Shown one piece after another: positions 60,963 to 64,000 of a stretch of DNA of 64,000 nt. Below the pieces are notes generated by a model, which saw nothing but the letters and a program-made list of their open reading frames with translations, did no database searches and was not told where the DNA came from. The position numbers and the translations under genes are program-made. Where the stretch lies: positions 156,123,741-156,187,740 of the forward strand of contig CM041465.1 of NCBI GenBank assembly GCA_023213395.1. The letters run 5' to 3'. Source of the DNA: Cycas panzhihuaensis (taxonomy: Eukaryota > Plantae > Cycadophyta). Position 1 is the stretch's first letter. Each line of letters opens with the position of its first letter.

Positions 60963-63900
60963 TGTTTGGGAACATGAAATCATACACAAATGTTCCCATT
61001 TGCAGAATCTTTAACCATACACAACAAGCAAACAAGAGTACACATAGAAAACAGATGCACAACACACAAGATTTACGTGGGAAAACCCTTTTGGGAAAAA
61101 ACCCACCACAAAAGGATCCTTGATGGATCACATTGATTATTGCACAATGGCTTAATACAATGAATACACAAGGGCTCAAGGCTTTTATACTCTTCCAAGA
61201 GGTGTCACTCGATCAGGGTTGTGACCCTCTGAATAAGTTGCACCTTTTCGCTTAATCACCTTAGTTAAACCACATTAACATTAACTTAGTGGCTTAACAG
61301 ACAATTGCCACGTTAACATCCCCCTTAATGTGAATGTGGGGAGCCTGCCAACTGCAACAGCTGTGTTATCACGAAGGTTGGGACTATCCTGCAACTTCTT
61401 TATCCTTGTTGATACATCCCCCCCTCAAGGATAACATTGGTGAGTCTTAGCTTGGTATGCATCTTTGTGAATTGATCTTCAGTGAGTGGCTTGGTGAACA
61501 CGTCTGCAAGTTGGAATTCACTCGAACAATAGTCAAGCTACAACTTCTCTGACTTGATCTGTTCATGAATGTAATGGTGTTGAATCTCGATATGCTTCGT
61601 ACGTATATGAAACTCTGGATTCTTCAATAGGCGAATGGTACTCTGATTATCAACAAAGATAACCAAATGTCCATTGGAAACTCCAAGAGACCTTGCAACC
61701 ATACGGCTTCCTTTGCACCAGCACTAAGTCCTTGATATTCAACCTCTGTAGAAGATATCGCCACTGTCTGTTGCTTCTTTGACTGCCACGAAACGAAACC
61801 ATTACCAACACCAAATAGGTATCCAACAGTGGATTTCTGATCATCAGAGTCTCCTCCCCAATCAACATCCATATAGTCATGCAACCTTATCTCTTCACCT
61901 CGACGGTATTCGAGACCAAGATTGATTGTCCCCTTCAAATATTTCAGAATCTGCTTCATTGCAACAAAATGAGGCTCCCGAGGATTCTGCATGTAACGAG
62001 AAGCCATTCCAACAGCATATGCGATATCTGGTCTGGTATGAGTCAAGTAGATTAGACTCCCTACCAATTGGCGATATTTTGTGCCATCTACATAGGGTTT
62101 AGCCATATCTTTCTGCAAGTTTGTGCCTTTTACACATGGTGTTACAACTGATTTGCAATTCTACGTTCCAAATTTCTCCCACAAGTTCTTCACATACTAT
62201 GATTGCAACAACACGATTCTATCATCCATCTACCTAATTTGAATGCCCAAGAAGTAGTGAAGTCTCCCGAGGTCTATCATGTCAAATGAAGCCCCCAGAT
62301 TAGATTTGACTTTAGCAATAGCCTTGCCACGATTACCGTCGATGATCAAATCATCCACATACACCATGCAAGAAACTATTGAAGTCCCTCTTATTTTCAC
62401 ATATAGGTTTGGGTCGAGTTCTAAAATCTCGAAACCTTTAACTTCCAACTTAGCATCCATCTTTTCATACCAAGCACGAGGTGCTTGTTTCGGGCCATAG
62501 ATTGACTTCTTCAAACTACAAACAAGATGCTCTTGGCCATCCTTAATGAATCTCAGAGGCTGTGACATATAGATCTCAACTAAGGAGCGTGGACTTGACA
62601 TCCATTTGGTGTAACTCCCAACTGTAAGCAGCTACTAAGGAAATGAGCAATCAGATCGTTGTCATTCTGGAGACTAGTGCAAATGTCTCCTCATAGTCAA
62701 TTCCTTCTTTTTGCTTGAATCCCTGCGCAACAAGTCTGGCTATGTACTTGTCCACCTCTCTATTAGAGCAAAACTTCATCTTATAGACCCACTTGCATCC
62801 AACAAGGTTCTTCGTCAGAGGGAGTGGAACCAAATTCCATGTATCGTTCTTCAGTAGAGAACTATACTCCTCCTTCATCGTAGCTCTCCATCGTGGATCT
62901 CCTTTCACTTCATCGAATGAATCAAGATCACTGGAGTCGTTGATGTCTACTAGCAGAGTTCGATTGGCATGTTGACTTCTTGTTCTTCTATCATCAATCA
63001 AGGTATGCATTGCTACACCGAAATCTTCGAGAGTCTTCCTTGCCCATAAAGGTATTAAAGGACCCGTTGTTGGAGGTACTTCATCTCGCGGTGGCTCCTC
63101 ACTGTTACTCATCCCACTTGGTGTTCTAGTGACTAGCTCACCGTCCTCTTTGCTTGATGAATCTGGGAATGGGAGAAGGGGAGGGGGGGGGGGCTAAAAG
63201 GGCTTCTCTAATGATCTATCAACATGATATGCTGATGACTCATCAAATTTGACATCCTGAGTAACCACAATCTTCTCCCCCTATGGATCCCATAGTCTAT
63301 AGGCTTTATTCTCAGTGCAATACCCCATGAATATGCACTTTAGACTCTTCTGATCCAATTTCTTATGGATATGCAACACACCCAAAAGTTCTTACATGGT
63401 TAATGACAGGCTTCCGACTGGTCCATTTCTCTTCAGGTGTCATGTTGCGAACTGCATGAGTGGCTACTTGGTTCAAAATATAAATAGCAGTCGCCATAGC
63501 TTCTGCCCAAAACTTCGGTGGCAGGTTTTTAGTGTGCACCATACACCTCGCCATCTCCATCATGGTACAGTTTTTCCTTTCGGCAACTCCATTTTGTTGT
63601 GGGGTATACAGGACCATAAATTTCCGCTTTATACCATGATTGTGGCAGAACCGATTGAATGCATGGTTGTTGTATTCCTTGCTATTATCACTTCTCAAAG
63701 ACTTTATCTTCTTATCACATTCATTTTCCACCATCGCTTTTTGGTCACGGAAGCGATCAAACACATCTGACTTGTTCTTGAGAAAGTAGACCCAAGCCTC
63801 CCTAGTGTAATCATCCACAAACACAAGGGTATACTGAGCCCCTGATATTGAAGGGTTAGGGAATTGTCCCATTATATCTGAGTGTACAAGCTCCAACTTC

Positions 63901-64000
63901 TCCTTGGCTCTCTAGGCATTATCCCGAGTAAAAGGGTAGCGGTGATGCTTGCCATACATACACCCTTCGCAAACACCATCTGAGCAAGAAACCAACGGCA
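60963..64000 (-). mobile_element. Copia I (same family as A): 3' LTR 60963-61318, PPT, RNase H, RT and integrase, running off the window end
   Basis: ELVHSDIMG, PQQNGVAERKN, WNLVPLP, MVYVDDLI, RTKHIE; TTAACA|TCCCCCTT. Confidence 0.93.

Noticed and set aside
1353-61318. A single giant 60-kb LTR element bounded by the two homologous LTRs
   Set aside because: The PBS lies left of the first LTR and the PPT right of the second, so both internal regions point outward; these are two separate copies
2001-63770. Numerous 60-150 aa ORFs opposite gag/pol/ORF2 or inside LTRs
   Set aside because: Antisense shadow frames or low-complexity artefacts without domain motifs

Overview
AT-rich eukaryotic (land-plant) intergenic window made almost entirely of nested, mostly decayed retrotransposons. 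No intact host gene, RNA gene or CRISPR array was found. Contents: at least seven Ty1/copia elements or fragments, two of them complete with target-site duplications (TSDs) (9049-14323, TSD TATAC; 36092-43817, TSD AAATT); an L1-type LINE (about 21350-26758); two copies of one non-chromoviral Ty3/gypsy family lying tail-to-tail (26760-46428 on +, 46429-56168 on -); a 5'-truncated chromovirus fused to a tiny TRIM inside a single TSD (33012-35771); and an internally deleted Athila-like element (56807-59141). Most notable: the copia at 36092-43817 carries, antisense and directly after its primer-binding site (PBS), an intron-free fragment of an Enkurin-domain (ENKD1-like) ciliary/flagellar gene whose stop codon comes from the PBS itself. 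This points to gene capture by a retrotransposon in a plant lineage with flagellated sperm (cycad, Ginkgo, fern or lycophyte). The gypsy family also looks unusual: four Gag zinc knuckles, a second capsid-like domain between protease and RT, a sense 3' extra ORF and a probable tRNA-Glu PBS. All identifications are by eye; no database searches were run.
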